Shown: positions 9,991 to 18,569, counted from the stretch's first letter. The stretch is DNA of 64,000 bases from an uncultured virus (IMG/VR IMGVR_UViG_3300030099_006786) (IMGVR_UViG_3300030099_006786), one strand, 5' to 3'. Translations and numbers: made by a program. The notes: generated by a model not told the origin, from the letters alone.

Positions 9991-10266
9991 CTACCTTACC
10001 TTAATGCGATCGATCATATAAGGATGCTTAAGCGACATGTCTCTATATAGAGTCTTAAGTACTTTTTTGGCAATTTCCGCCACTTCTTCTTTGGTATCCG
10101 GCTTTTTGTAGGACTTGATGATTTCGTCTTCGATCATGTCCTTGACTTCCTTGCTTTTCAACTTCTTGTCGAGTTCCCTGTTGATAATCTGTCGGATTTC
10201 AGCCTTATCATCCCGGGTCAGTTCCTCGACTATTAGCTGTTCGATTAATTTAAAGTCATTATCCAT
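9991..10266 (-). CDS. Hypothetical helical protein
   Basis: ORF with AGGTGG RBS and upstream CTACTTA motif. Confidence 0.75.
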   Translation of the reverse strand: MDNDFKLIEQLIVEELTRDDKAEIRQIINRELDKKLKSKEVKDMIEDEIIKSYKKPDTKEEVAEIAKKVLKTLYRDMSLKHPYMIDRIKVR

Positions 10267-10296
10267 TATTAACCACCTACTATAAGTAGAAAGATA

Positions 10297-10554
10297 TTAC
10301 AAAGAAACCAATTTAATATGCGCACTAGGTACCAGTGTGATATTACCAAGCTTAAACCAATACACTGTATACATGTTATACAGGAACCGCTGACCGGTAC
10401 GCTTCATATCTATAACAATCCCCAGCGCCTCATGCCTCTCGTCAATCATAATAAAATCTGGTGTATAGTTATAGCCTGTAAATTTCACTAAATCCCCTAC
10501 GCTAAACACGTATGGATCGTTTTTCGACTCATTGGCGCCTGTACCATCACTCAC
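10297..10554 (-). CDS. VGDLV-family small SH3/KOW-like protein
   Basis: FSVGDLVKF...LGIVID...YTVYW. Confidence 0.75.
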   Translation of the reverse strand: MSDGTGANESKNDPYVFSVGDLVKFTGYNYTPDFIMIDERHEALGIVIDMKRTGQRFLYNMYTVYWFKLGNITLVPSAHIKLVSL

Positions 10555-10566
10555 ATAATTAACTAG

Positions 10567-10800
10567 CTAACACTTTTTTAATCTGTGTATGGTATGCATC
10601 CAATCACGTGAAACATCTGCGTTGCTTTTCTTAATCCACCATATACGTGCCATATTCATTAGCGGCGCCTCTGGCTCTCTTGGTTCGTCGTATAATTCTA
10701 GAATGACTGCTATACCACCATGGCATGTACATGTCACTAAGTCACCCACCTTAAGATTATGATCTGGTGGCTCGTCGAAGAAATCTTTCACCCGGTCCAT
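10567..10800 (-). CDS. VGDLV-family small SH3/KOW-like protein
   Basis: Start moved to MDRVKDFF; LKVGDLVTC..IAVILE...ARIWW. Confidence 0.7.
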   Translation of the reverse strand: MDRVKDFFDEPPDHNLKVGDLVTCTCHGGIAVILELYDEPREPEAPLMNMARIWWIKKSNADVSRDWMHTIHRLKKC

Positions 10801-10944
10801 TACACCCACACTTATACGTAGTGTAAATCTGGTGAAAATTTTGGGGCGATTTTTTACGGCATGGATATTTTCAATTTTTCTCAGCGCTATTGAAAACAGG
10901 CTATACACCGTGTCAGGGATATGTCAACTCTATGGGACATAGAT

Positions 10945-10971
10945 CCCGGTAGGGGGGTGGGGGGTACCCCC
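10945..10971. other. G-run element with 12-bp palindrome GGGGGTACCCCC
   Basis: cccggtaggggggtggggggtaccccc in non-coding DNA, flanked by TGTCA boxes. Confidence 0.8.
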
Positions 10972-10984
10972 TGTCAATTGTCAG

Positions 10985-11140
10985 TTAATTGTCAGAATGA
11001 TAATCGCGTTTATAACATTTAATACCATCATATAATACACACGCATATATGTATAAGGCTAATGGTGTATAGAACCCAAGGATAAGCCCCTTACTAACTA
11101 CGTTTTCAACTACCTTATTTATTTTATCTCTTCTCGACAA
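10985..11140 (-). CDS. Small membrane-associated protein (51 aa)
   Basis: GGGAGAG RBS, TTG start, MSRRDKINKVVENVVSKGLILGFY...; CTAATTA motif upstream. Confidence 0.5.
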   Translation of the reverse strand: MSRRDKINKVVENVVSKGLILGFYTPLALYIYACVLYDGIKCYKRDYHSDN

Positions 11141-11206
11141 TCAATCTCTCCCTAAACAGTTTATTATATTATTAATTAGTACTGTATTCGTTTATGTTCG
11201 CGCGCA

Positions 11207-11293
11207 TCAATATGCCATTAGCAACACAAACATAGCTGTCCACATAACGGCCGCTAAACAATCGTAAACTTTCATCTCGGTGGTGTACTGCAT
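11207..11293 (-). CDS. 28-aa hydrophobic peptide
   Basis: AGGAGAG RBS directly after a promoter; MQYTTEMKVYDCLAAVMWTAMFVLLMAY. Confidence 0.5.
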   Translation of the reverse strand: MQYTTEMKVYDCLAAVMWTAMFVLLMAY

Positions 11294-11318
11294 GCAATTC
11301 TCTCCTTTGTATACAATT

Positions 11319-11372
11319 ATTATAACTGATCTCGCGCAACAAATCAAGCGCAAGATGTCAAGGAATTGTCAA
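11319..11372 (-). promoter_or_regulatory. sigma70-type promoter with upstream TGACA boxes
   Basis: TTGATT-17-TATAAT; boxes 14 and 25 bp upstream of -35. Confidence 0.7.
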
Positions 11373-11383
11373 GGAATTACTTT

Positions 11384-11439
11384 CAATGCGGACAATAATT
11401 GACTTGACACACAATGCGGACAGAATATGGCTTGACACT
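11384..11439 (+). repeat. 28-bp tandem direct repeat x2 (CAATGCGGACA-N8-CTTGACAC)
   Basis: Copies start at 11384 and 11412. Confidence 0.85.
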
Positions 11440-11466
11440 TGACGATAATGATAGAGCGTATATACT
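11439..11466 (+). promoter_or_regulatory. Candidate plus-strand sigma70 promoter
   Basis: TTGACG-16-TATACT, no ORF downstream. Confidence 0.45.
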
Positions 11467-11543
11467 AAGTCTTTAAACAAATTCAAACATAAACAGATAC
11501 ACCATCATAAAACATAATATAATTGTCATACATACGCGTACAC

Positions 11544-11747
11544 TTACGTACCACCGGAAGCTACTGACGAATATAGGCCTTCAACCACAGGAATCGCTAC
11601 TTGCTGTAAACACTTTAATGAATTGTTATATAAAGTGTAATTGTTTTTATCCTTATCTACTACTACACAAAAGGCTTTTACTCTACTGTGATGTAATGCT
11701 TTTCTTTTTATTAATTCTCCTATATTAAACATTACTATTCTCGCCAT
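11544..11747 (-). CDS. VGDLV-family small protein (divergent)
   Basis: FNIGELIK...CVVVD. Confidence 0.55.
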   Translation of the reverse strand: MARIVMFNIGELIKRKALHHSRVKAFCVVVDKDKNNYTLYNNSLKCLQQVAIPVVEGLYSSVASGGT

Positions 11748-12015
11748 CTAATTCCTTAGCTTGTTCCGTCATTCTCGCTATGTCCGAAACAGTTAAAGGA
11801 TTTTCTTTTCTACGTTTGTTTTGTTCTCGCAGCAATTTGTTGTATCGCTTTTTCACGTACTTAACAACATGTAGATTCTCGATACCAATTAATGAATATC
11901 TACGTTTACCCTCCATTGTCACAGCCTTCTTATCTGGCTTGGTTAGAATTGTCTCAGTGCCGATCAATTTACCGTCCACTAAATTCAATTCTGTTTTGCT
12001 TACGTAATAATTCAC
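11725..12015 (-). CDS. Hypothetical protein
   Basis: GTGA overlap with upstream ORF, AAGG RBS. Confidence 0.65.
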   Translation of the reverse strand: MNYYVSKTELNLVDGKLIGTETILTKPDKKAVTMEGKRRYSLIGIENLHVVKYVKKRYNKLLREQNKRRKENPLTVSDIARMTEQAKELDGENSNV

Positions 12016-12308
12016 TCAGAAACTACCTTCAAAGGTTCGCCGGTAGCGTACAGCTTTGCAGCAAATTTACGCAATTGTGTGACACGATTCTGCGCGGTTT
12101 TCAACTCGGCCATAATTTCATCAACCTCAATCAAAGCGGCCGAAAGGTTAGAAAGAATCTCAGGTTCCGACATTTCGATACCTCCAACGCCGTCACTATT
12201 ACGCACGTTGAACATATTAGCAGAGTACCAATTCCCTTTATTAGAGCGGCAGATTTTGAGATCACCGGAAAGTTCTGATTCGGGGATAAATACGTTGTTA
12301 CCTGACAT
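12012..12308 (-). CDS. Hypothetical protein with C-terminal coiled coil
   Basis: Start moved to MSGNNVF behind CAGGAGG RBS. Confidence 0.7.
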   Translation of the reverse strand: MSGNNVFIPESELSGDLKICRSNKGNWYSANMFNVRNSDGVGGIEMSEPEILSNLSAALIEVDEIMAELKTAQNRVTQLRKFAAKLYATGEPLKVVSE

Positions 12309-12319
12309 TTGTTTGTCCT

Positions 12320-12606
12320 CCTGTGGACGGTTGGAAAGTGGGGGATCTCTTTTTATACTCGCGGCCCTTTCGAGTGTGTCCATTAATTTGCGGCATAATT
12401 GCCGCTAAGTTATGAGGATGGCTAAACCTCTTATAGCCGTTTATTGGGAGTTTTCATTATCTTAACCTCGGCGTGCTTCGCCTCATGGGTGGGAATTGCT
12501 CCCTCTGTGACTAATCCAAGCCCGCCACAGTTACCGGCTCTATGCAGTTGGGGGTTTTCATTATCTTGACCTCTGGCGCTTGGCGCTTTGCGGGTTATGG
12601 GTACGA
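12320..12606 (-). ncRNA. Candidate structured ncRNA with duplicated GAGGUYAAGAUAAUGAAAACYCCCAA motif
   Basis: ~290-nt gene-free gap, several GC hairpins, two 24/26-identical copies at 12444-12469 and 12548-12573. Confidence 0.55.
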
Positions 12607-12942
12607 TTAGATGCCTTCACCATCTTGGAGTGCGGCGAGTGCTGCCTTATCATCTTCGGTCAAGTGCTCTTTGGCTTTCTTGCGAAGGCTTGCGGCGCTC
12701 ATGCGCGTGGGGTTTTTGTGCTCGGCGTTACAGCCTGCGGCGAACGACTCGGCCCATGAAGGATCGGGGAAGTCCATGACGGCCTGCTTGCCTTGCGTGC
12801 TGGAGTGCCGAAAGACAACCCACATTTTAGGGCCGACTTGCTCAACAGTCCAGCCTTGCAGTTGCTTGCGCGTTGGAGGCGCAGGTGCGGGCTTGTACTG
12901 TTTGGCGGTTTGGATTTTGATTTGATCGATGGCTCTTTGCAT
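12607..12942 (-). CDS. Hypothetical early protein
   Basis: AAGGGG RBS, GC-rich ORF. Confidence 0.75.
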   Translation of the reverse strand: MQRAIDQIKIQTAKQYKPAPAPPTRKQLQGWTVEQVGPKMWVVFRHSSTQGKQAVMDFPDPSWAESFAAGCNAEHKNPTRMSAASLRKKAKEHLTEDDKAALAALQDGEGI

Positions 12943-12952
12943 GGTTTACCCC

Positions 12953-13126
12953 TTACTGGATTTGCTTGATGTTCAAGAAGTCGGTGATGGCGGTAGCCGG
13001 TACCGATGAGTCACGGAGAAAGATAGCCCTTGCTTCTTCTTTTGAGTGAGCACGCACGATCCGAGTTTGACGCGGGCGCATTGGCTCGCGGAGGTGGAAA
13101 GTGATGCGGAAGGTGTCGAGTTGCAT
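12953..13126 (-). CDS. Hypothetical early protein (57 aa)
   Basis: Start moved to MQLDTF behind AAGGAG. Confidence 0.75.
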   Translation of the reverse strand: MQLDTFRITFHLREPMRPRQTRIVRAHSKEEARAIFLRDSSVPATAITDFLNIKQIQ

Positions 13127-13149
13127 AGTTTTCTCCTTTCTATACATAT

Positions 13150-13203
13150 AATATAACACCGGGAGGCATAAAAGTCAAGGATTTAATTGTCAAGAAAATG
13201 TTA
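13150..13203 (-). promoter_or_regulatory. Composite early promoter
   Basis: TTGACT-17-TG-TATATT; TGACA-like boxes at +15 and +26. Confidence 0.85.
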
Positions 13204-13371
13204 AGCCACTTTTTTCATGTCTTGGACAAGTGCAGCGGTTTGCTTACACATGTGGCCGGGGATTTTCACAAGCCACATGCTACTGTCCCAGTCGGCTTTA
13301 CCGATGATGGTGCCGACCTTCCAGCCTTGGAACTTGGTGTTTACTTTAACTGTGTTACCGATTGCGAACAT
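13201..13371 (-). CDS. VGDLV-family small SH3/KOW-like protein
   Basis: MFAIGNTVKV...GTIIG...WLVK; AAGGAG RBS. Confidence 0.75.
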   Translation of the reverse strand: MFAIGNTVKVNTKFQGWKVGTIIGKADWDSSMWLVKIPGHMCKQTAALVQDMKKVA

Positions 13372-13398
13372 GATAGACTCCTTTCTTTCTATACTTAT

Positions 13399-13452
13399 AA
13401 TATAACACCCGCGAGCGTTAAAGTCAAGCACTTAATTGTCAAGAGAATGTCA
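13399..13452 (-). promoter_or_regulatory. Composite early promoter
   Basis: TTGACT-17-TG-TATATT; boxes +15/+26. Confidence 0.85.
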
Positions 13453-13584
13453 GGGAGTAGTTTGCGAAAATAAGACAATAAGAGCCAGCAAAATAGCATC
13501 GAACTTGATCATCAGTCTCACAAACTCAGGCGATACTGAATGTGCAGCGAGCACACCCAGCTTTTTCTGTTTCAGTCGCAACAT
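13450..13584 (-). CDS. Small hydrophobic protein (44 aa)
   Basis: GGGAG RBS; stop lies in a TGACA box. Confidence 0.4.
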   Translation of the reverse strand: MLRLKQKKLGVLAAHSVSPEFVRLMIKFDAILLALIVLFSQTTP

Positions 13585-13793
13585 GTTGGGTGCTCCCAGT
13601 TTGCTACTTGCCAATCGCTGATCACTTCTTCGGCGTGAAGTGAGTCAACGTAGTTACTCCACGCTTCGGAGCGAGCAACAATGTCAGGCTCGCCGTCGCG
13701 TTCATGCTGCTGTTGCACCATCGGAAGGATCATCTCAGTGAACTGATCGACAGCATCGGACCAGAGGATAACAGAATCAAGTTGTGAGGCCAT
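13572..13793 (-). CDS. Hypothetical early protein
   Basis: Start moved to MASQLDS behind AAGGAG. Confidence 0.75.
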   Translation of the reverse strand: MASQLDSVILWSDAVDQFTEMILPMVQQQHERDGEPDIVARSEAWSNYVDSLHAEEVISDWQVANWEHPTCCD

Positions 13794-13822
13794 AGAATAA
13801 TCTCCTTTCTTTCTATACTTAT

Positions 13823-13876
13823 AATATAACACCCGCGAAGGTAAAAGTCAATGGTGATCTTGTCAGGGAATTGTCA
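13823..13876 (-). promoter_or_regulatory. Composite early promoter
   Basis: TTGACT-17-TG-TATATT; boxes +15/+26. Confidence 0.85.
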
Positions 13877-13881
13877 GACAA

Positions 13882-14283
13882 TTACCACTTCAACGGATCG
13901 TTAGGTCGGTCCCAAATATCAACACGCTGCTGCTCTGACGGCTCGCGCTCATCGGTATCGCTACGTGTGAACCGCATAGTGCGGCGGCTTGCGGCCATGC
14001 TGGTGGCCTTAGCTTGCTCGCGGGCTCGGATGCCAGCGTCGATAAAATCATCCTCGGACACGGAGAAACTAAACCCCTCTTCAATCTCGGTAGGCTCTCG
14101 GTCAATAACCCAGTCAGGATCATCGTGACGTGCAACCTGCTCTAAGAGGTCATCGTGTAGTTCTAAGGCTCCAGTGAAGCCATCGCCATCGTTGTCAAAC
14201 TCTGAAGCGAAGAACGTCAGGGCGTTCATAATCAGATTCACGTCCGACTCGGTAAGTAAGATTTTCAAAACTTGATCATTCAT
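13882..14283 (-). CDS. Acidic hypothetical early protein
   Basis: AGGGGA RBS, 133 aa. Confidence 0.75.
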   Translation of the reverse strand: MNDQVLKILLTESDVNLIMNALTFFASEFDNDGDGFTGALELHDDLLEQVARHDDPDWVIDREPTEIEEGFSFSVSEDDFIDAGIRAREQAKATSMAASRRTMRFTRSDTDEREPSEQQRVDIWDRPNDPLKW

Positions 14284-14292
14284 GATAATCCC

Positions 14293-14394
14293 CTAACAGG
14301 TTGCCCACTTGAAGGCGAGGAAAATAAGGGCGGACCAACAGGTCACGTCTGCGATAATGAGAGCGGCCATCATGCCGTTGCGGTTTTGAAGCAT
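14293..14394 (-). CDS. 33-aa single-TM peptide
   Basis: AAGGAG RBS after promoter; MLQNRNGMMAALIIADVTCWSALIFLAFKWATC. Confidence 0.6.
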   Translation of the reverse strand: MLQNRNGMMAALIIADVTCWSALIFLAFKWATC

Positions 14395-14418
14395 TTGCTT
14401 TCTCCTTTCTACCCTTAT

Positions 14419-14472
14419 AATATAACACCGAAACAGGCAGAAGTCAATAGTTTAATTGTCAAGCAATTGCCA
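14419..14472 (-). promoter_or_regulatory. Composite early promoter
   Basis: TTGACT-17-TG-TATATT; boxes +15/+26. Confidence 0.85.
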
Positions 14473-14629
14473 AGAGCGTCAAATCGCCGGATCTTTCGCT
14501 TCTCGCACTCCGCGAACGGAACCAATAAATTAATATATCACATGCAAAAGCGTAAGCTCCGCGCTCAAGCACGATCCCATAACCGCCATGCATTGAATTC
14601 CTATATTTCACCAGATCACCGACTTGCAT
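14459..14629 (-). CDS. VGDLV-family small protein (56 aa, not in ORF track)
   Basis: MQVGDLVKYRNSMHGGYGIVLE...IYWF. Confidence 0.75.
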   Translation of the reverse strand: MQVGDLVKYRNSMHGGYGIVLERGAYAFACDILIYWFRSRSARSERSGDLTLLAIA

Positions 14630-14945
14630 GCATTTTCTCCGTTACATGGCGACACTTACGACGCCAACCAAAACCGGCGCATGTGCAGCCCCAGACGTGG
14701 CCGTCGTATGTTACGGTATACGTGTTGCCCTTGCTTCCTTGAACGCTCCACGTTTGAACCTCGCCCAATTTAGACGCACTTTTATAAGGCTCGTAAACCA
14801 TAACGTCTGAAATAGTGTTAAGGGTTGCCGTTTCAGGTACGGGAAGCCAAAACTGACCAGAAACCGCCCACTTTTGACCTTTAGTGTCAGTATAAAGCAT
14901 AGGCGGCATGCTTACAATTACCGGTAATTCCTCTAAATTGCTCAT
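14616..14945 (-). CDS. SWIM zinc-finger protein
   Basis: VQGSKGNTYTV...WGCTCAGFGWRRKCRH. Confidence 0.85.
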   Translation of the reverse strand: MSNLEELPVIVSMPPMLYTDTKGQKWAVSGQFWLPVPETATLNTISDVMVYEPYKSASKLGEVQTWSVQGSKGNTYTVTYDGHVWGCTCAGFGWRRKCRHVTEKMHASR

Positions 14946-15140
14946 TTATGCCTCTGCTGGTAAAATTGTCGCTACACTTAAAGTTGTGTAAGTTTCAATC
15001 TCTTGATCGCTAATGCCCGGATCGAGCATGGTTGCGTGCATCATTAGCGCGGTGATAACTGAATCCAGACCGAAAGCGGTGCGATCAAATGGTGTTAGCT
15101 GACTTTCATCGTCAGTGCGTATAAGTGGAAGGCTTAACAT
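14946..15140 (-). CDS. Hypothetical early protein
   Basis: Start moved to MLSLPLIR behind AAGGAG. Confidence 0.7.
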   Translation of the reverse strand: MLSLPLIRTDDESQLTPFDRTAFGLDSVITALMMHATMLDPGISDQEIETYTTLSVATILPAEA

Positions 15141-15162
15141 ATTTCTCCTTGGTTCATTAGTA

Positions 15163-15215
15163 AATATAACCTCGCAGTGGATAAAGTCAAGTTTAATTCT
15201 GTCAAGCACTTGTAA
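15163..15215 (-). promoter_or_regulatory. Composite early promoter
   Basis: TTGACT-16-TATATT; boxes +15 and degenerate +26. Confidence 0.75.
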
Positions 15216-15417
15216 AGGCTTCTAAAAACATTTCGTGAAACTTCAAAACTGTACCACAACCAATAAAAGCCACGTTATAGAATGATGTGTATGTTCTACT
15301 CTCATCTATTTCTTCTGGCACTGTTTCCATAATCATAGCGATCCGATGCTCAGGCATATTAGCCTGATGTGTTGTAGTTTTGACCTTGACAAGATCACCG
15401 GGCTTAAATTTGCCCAT
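15202..15417 (-). CDS. VGDLV-family small protein
   Basis: MGKFKPGDLVKVK...YNVAF...FHEMFLE. Confidence 0.75.
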   Translation of the reverse strand: MGKFKPGDLVKVKTTTHQANMPEHRIAMIMETVPEEIDESRTYTSFYNVAFIGCGTVLKFHEMFLEAFTSA

Positions 15418-15743
15418 TAAAAAGGCTTCCGTTCGCTCATCGGTGAACATTCCCACACCAGCGGGTTCATGATCACCGGGTTACCGGTTTGATACTTGGC
15501 GAGGTTCACATGACAAGAAGTTGTCATAGAATGAAAACCATTAGCAGGTGCAGTAAAGTCTGCGATGACCATAACACCGGCAGGCGTCCGTTCTCCGATC
15601 TTCAAATTGTAGCTATACAATTCCGCGCTTCCATTTGGGTAGGACACGCTTGTCAAAGAACGCCTGTGATTACGGGCACTTAGCCCATTCTGCCATGCTT
15701 TGATAACGCCATCATTATTTAATCGTGGGCCTGTAATTGTCAT
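15417..15743 (-). CDS. Hypothetical phage protein
   Basis: AGGAG RBS; LYSY...SMTTSCH. Confidence 0.75.
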   Translation of the reverse strand: MTITGPRLNNDGVIKAWQNGLSARNHRRSLTSVSYPNGSAELYSYNLKIGERTPAGVMVIADFTAPANGFHSMTTSCHVNLAKYQTGNPVIMNPLVWECSPMSERKPF

Positions 15744-15752
15744 TTTTTACTC

Positions 15753-16988
15753 CTATGAGTCTATGGCGATGATTCGCTCAGTGGTGGAAAAGTAGGGGCG
15801 AGCTGCGTAATTTTTAGTGGTCATCCACATACGTTGGCATTTACTTGGGATAGGCTTGGGTGCCATCAAGTCTGTCAGGATGATGTGACCGTCAAAATTA
15901 TGTTCATTGACGTACTTGGTGGGCGCGTTAAAGCACGTGCCGCCGCTCAATACACGCTCAGTCTTACGGGTCTGACCCTTCTTCCAAGTATATACCTTGT
16001 CCTCTGCAACTTGCGTATCGAAAGGGATCACGGTGAACTCGGCAATCTCGGCCAGCTTGTTCAATTCAGAGAAGAACGCGGTGAGCATGCCATCATCGAC
16101 AGAACCAGACTGATCGATAGAGATAGCGATCTTAGCTTGGCGACGTACACGCTTGCCGGGGTGGACCTTTGGGAATCGCTTGTTAAGACGGCGAGGGGTC
16201 GAGCGTTTGTCAGCACGTTGTGAAGTTTTAACAAAGTACCGGAGCACCTTGCGCCAGTCGATTTTAGTAGCGATACGATCCATAATATCCTGACGCATCG
16301 ACGACGACACCGTACCCCAATTGCGGGCCTTCTCAGCTTCCTCTGCTGCTTTTTTGATGGCTTCCTTCATGCGTTCGCTGGCAATCTCTTGAGTGGTGCC
16401 AGAGGCATCACCGAAGTCATCGTGTGAATCGAGAGAGTCCATGTCACCGAAGGGATCACCAGAGCCCTGACCACCTTTACCATCGCCATCTTGCTGCTGG
16501 TCCTCGCGCATTTGCTTCAACGCTTCCAGATACCACTCGTAAGTTTTGAACGGAGGCAGATCCTTAAACATACCTTCACCGGGGATGCATGCCTTCATTG
16601 GTTCCTTGCCGATGGTAGGGCCGGGGTTTGCCTCGCTTGGTAATTCGCTGGCGATATGACAATTAATAGCCAAGTCCATCGCGATGTTATCGATCCGCTT
16701 GAGTCCATCGGCAGGCTTGCGAGCAGTAACGTGCTCGAAAATCAAGTGGTAAAATTCATGTTTAAGAACACCCAGCTTGTGAGAGTCACTAAGCTGGCCC
16801 ATAAACTCAGGGTTATACATCAACTCAAATTGTGCAGTGTTAGGGTTGACACGCACACCAGCGGTAGGGATCGCAGTAGTGGCAATCTTATCAATGCGAC
16901 GAGACAGGGCAGCGAAAAACGGCTCACGCATAAGCAGGCGAGCGGTGTGCATGTTAAGGTTGAATGGCTTGTTAGTATCGTCGGACAT
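15753..16988 (-). CDS. DUF2201-type metallopeptidase + VWA domain protein
   Basis: HEFYH, NIAMDLAIN, MIDAS-like DQSGS, GGT, LTD. Confidence 0.9.
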   Translation of the reverse strand: MSDDTNKPFNLNMHTARLLMREPFFAALSRRIDKIATTAIPTAGVRVNPNTAQFELMYNPEFMGQLSDSHKLGVLKHEFYHLIFEHVTARKPADGLKRIDNIAMDLAINCHIASELPSEANPGPTIGKEPMKACIPGEGMFKDLPPFKTYEWYLEALKQMREDQQQDGDGKGGQGSGDPFGDMDSLDSHDDFGDASGTTQEIASERMKEAIKKAAEEAEKARNWGTVSSSMRQDIMDRIATKIDWRKVLRYFVKTSQRADKRSTPRRLNKRFPKVHPGKRVRRQAKIAISIDQSGSVDDGMLTAFFSELNKLAEIAEFTVIPFDTQVAEDKVYTWKKGQTRKTERVLSGGTCFNAPTKYVNEHNFDGHIILTDLMAPKPIPSKCQRMWMTTKNYAARPYFSTTERIIAIDS

Positions 16989-17010
16989 TGTTCTCTCTCC
17001 TTACATATAT

Positions 17011-17064
17011 AATATAGCACCGTAGGGGCACAAAGTCAATGGTTTAATTGTCAAGAGAATGTCA
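17011..17064 (-). promoter_or_regulatory. Composite early promoter
   Basis: TTGACT-17-TG-TATATT; boxes +15/+26. Confidence 0.85.
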
Positions 17065-17274
17065 GGGAAGATCATAATGTGCGCGCAATCTGACCTCATC
17101 TATCCAACCTTGATCGCCGTCAATGTGGAGTTTGAACCTCCACCGCTTGTTAGCTATATCCCCGTACTTGGCGCGTGCTGTTTCTTCTTTGTCAAGAATA
17201 ATAGCAGGCTTGTTATCCTGTACGCTATAAATCAAGTCGCCTATTTTTAGGCTATCAGTCCACGTCCGAGACAA
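17062..17274 (-). CDS. VGDLV-family small protein
   Basis: LKIGDLIY...AIILD. Confidence 0.75.
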   Translation of the reverse strand: MSRTWTDSLKIGDLIYSVQDNKPAIILDKEETARAKYGDIANKRWRFKLHIDGDQGWIDEVRLRAHYDLP

Positions 17275-17491
17275 TTATTAAATCTTCCTCATGGAAACGC
17301 ATGCGTTCCTCACTTTTCAACCATTTAACTTCGTACAATTTACGCTGTTGTTCAGGCTCTTTAATATCTGTGACGATCCCGACTCCGTGGGCGCGCTTAA
17401 AGCTGCGACCCAAGCCGCCGGGACCGGACAGTCTAACTATATCACCGATCTTAGGTGCCCTCAACAGTGAGCGATTAGCGGGCTTATGCAT
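17255..17491 (-). CDS. VGDLV-family small protein (YodC-like pattern)
   Basis: PKIGDIVRLSG...GIVTDI...YEVKW...FHEEDL. Confidence 0.75.
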   Translation of the reverse strand: MHKPANRSLLRAPKIGDIVRLSGPGGLGRSFKRAHGVGIVTDIKEPEQQRKLYEVKWLKSEERMRFHEEDLIIVSDVD

Positions 17492-18569
17492 CGCCCCCAC
17501 CAAGAATTTCGACAAGGTGATCACTCACTCGCACACCAGAGGCAACTTGATGCTTATGAAGTGCAACCACGTTCTCAACAATATCAGCTTCACCGAGAAC
17601 GGTCCAGAGCTTCATAGCTACCTCGGAAGGCAGTGAGATAAAGTATTCGGCCAAGTTATTAATTTGGTCGTCGGTCAATGTTTCCTTGAACACCTCGGAC
17701 GCCTCGAACTTTTCAATCATAGCAGCGTGGTCATTGATGCCCCACTTCTCAGTCTTGGCTAATTCACCACGGTCAAGAATATCCTCAACAGTGACCTGCC
17801 ACTCATACTTCTCAACGAAGTCACGGAGCGATACAGCGGCCTCGAAACCAAGGAACGCAGTCGCAAGGTTGAAAAGCATGTCACGATCGCCACCTTCATC
17901 GAATACGCCAACACCATCGGCGGTGTCGCAGTAGCGAACCCATGAGCGACGAGAAGGATAAACCTTGTTAGGCTCAAAATCACCATCATGCTCCAGATGC
18001 TTGCGGTTGTGATTAATGAAGTCCCACACTACAGAAGGCACGCGACCATTGGCCCACTTCAACCAGTCCTCAGTGGAAGGCTCCACGTCGAACACAGTCC
18101 ACCGGTCCAATTCTGCCGGGTCCATTTCACCGACCTGATACTGAGCGCCGTGCTCGCCACCGTTGACAGCGGCGACAACCAGAGTCTCAGGGTGAAGGTG
18201 CCAGCCGTTAATCTTGCGGCTATCGGTCAACTCGAAAAGACCCTGACGGACCTCTTGAGTCGCACGGTCAACCTCATCCAAGAACAGGAGAACAGGCTGC
18301 TCACAGGCTGTAACAAGCCAGTCAGGAGCGTTCCACGTGGTAGCCTTGCGGCCGTTGATAGACGTGTCGGCCGTGTCAGGCAGGCCAAGCAAGTCACCCT
18401 CAGTCATCTGAGAAGCGCGGCGCTCGACAACCGGCAGGCTGCGAGTCTCAGCAATTTGGTAAACCACCTGTGATTTACCAACACCGTGACGACCACGGAT
18501 AAGCACCGGAAGGCGCGAGTTAAGGACGTGGGGGGCGACGGTCAGGAATGTTGCGAAGTCGATAGCCAT
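17484..18569 (-). CDS. MoxR-type AAA+ ATPase
   Basis: Walker A GRHGVGKS, Walker B LLFLDE, AAVN, MDPAELDR, PSRRSW. Confidence 0.92.
   Translation of the reverse strand: MAIDFATFLTVAPHVLNSRLPVLIRGRHGVGKSQVVYQIAETRSLPVVERRASQMTEGDLLGLPDTADTSINGRKATTWNAPDWLVTACEQPVLLFLDEVDRATQEVRQGLFELTDSRKINGWHLHPETLVVAAVNGGEHGAQYQVGEMDPAELDRWTVFDVEPSTEDWLKWANGRVPSVVWDFINHNRKHLEHDGDFEPNKVYPSRRSWVRYCDTADGVGVFDEGGDRDMLFNLATAFLGFEAAVSLRDFVEKYEWQVTVEDILDRGELAKTEKWGINDHAAMIEKFEASEVFKETLTDDQINNLAEYFISLPSEVAMKLWTVLGEADIVENVVALHKHQVASGVRVSDHLVEILGGGDA

Noticed and set aside
12444..12578. Hammerhead ribozyme, tmRNA or true mini-CRISPR
   Set aside because: No CUGANGA core, no tRNA-like ends or tag frame; the 74-nt structured interval is too long for a typical spacer
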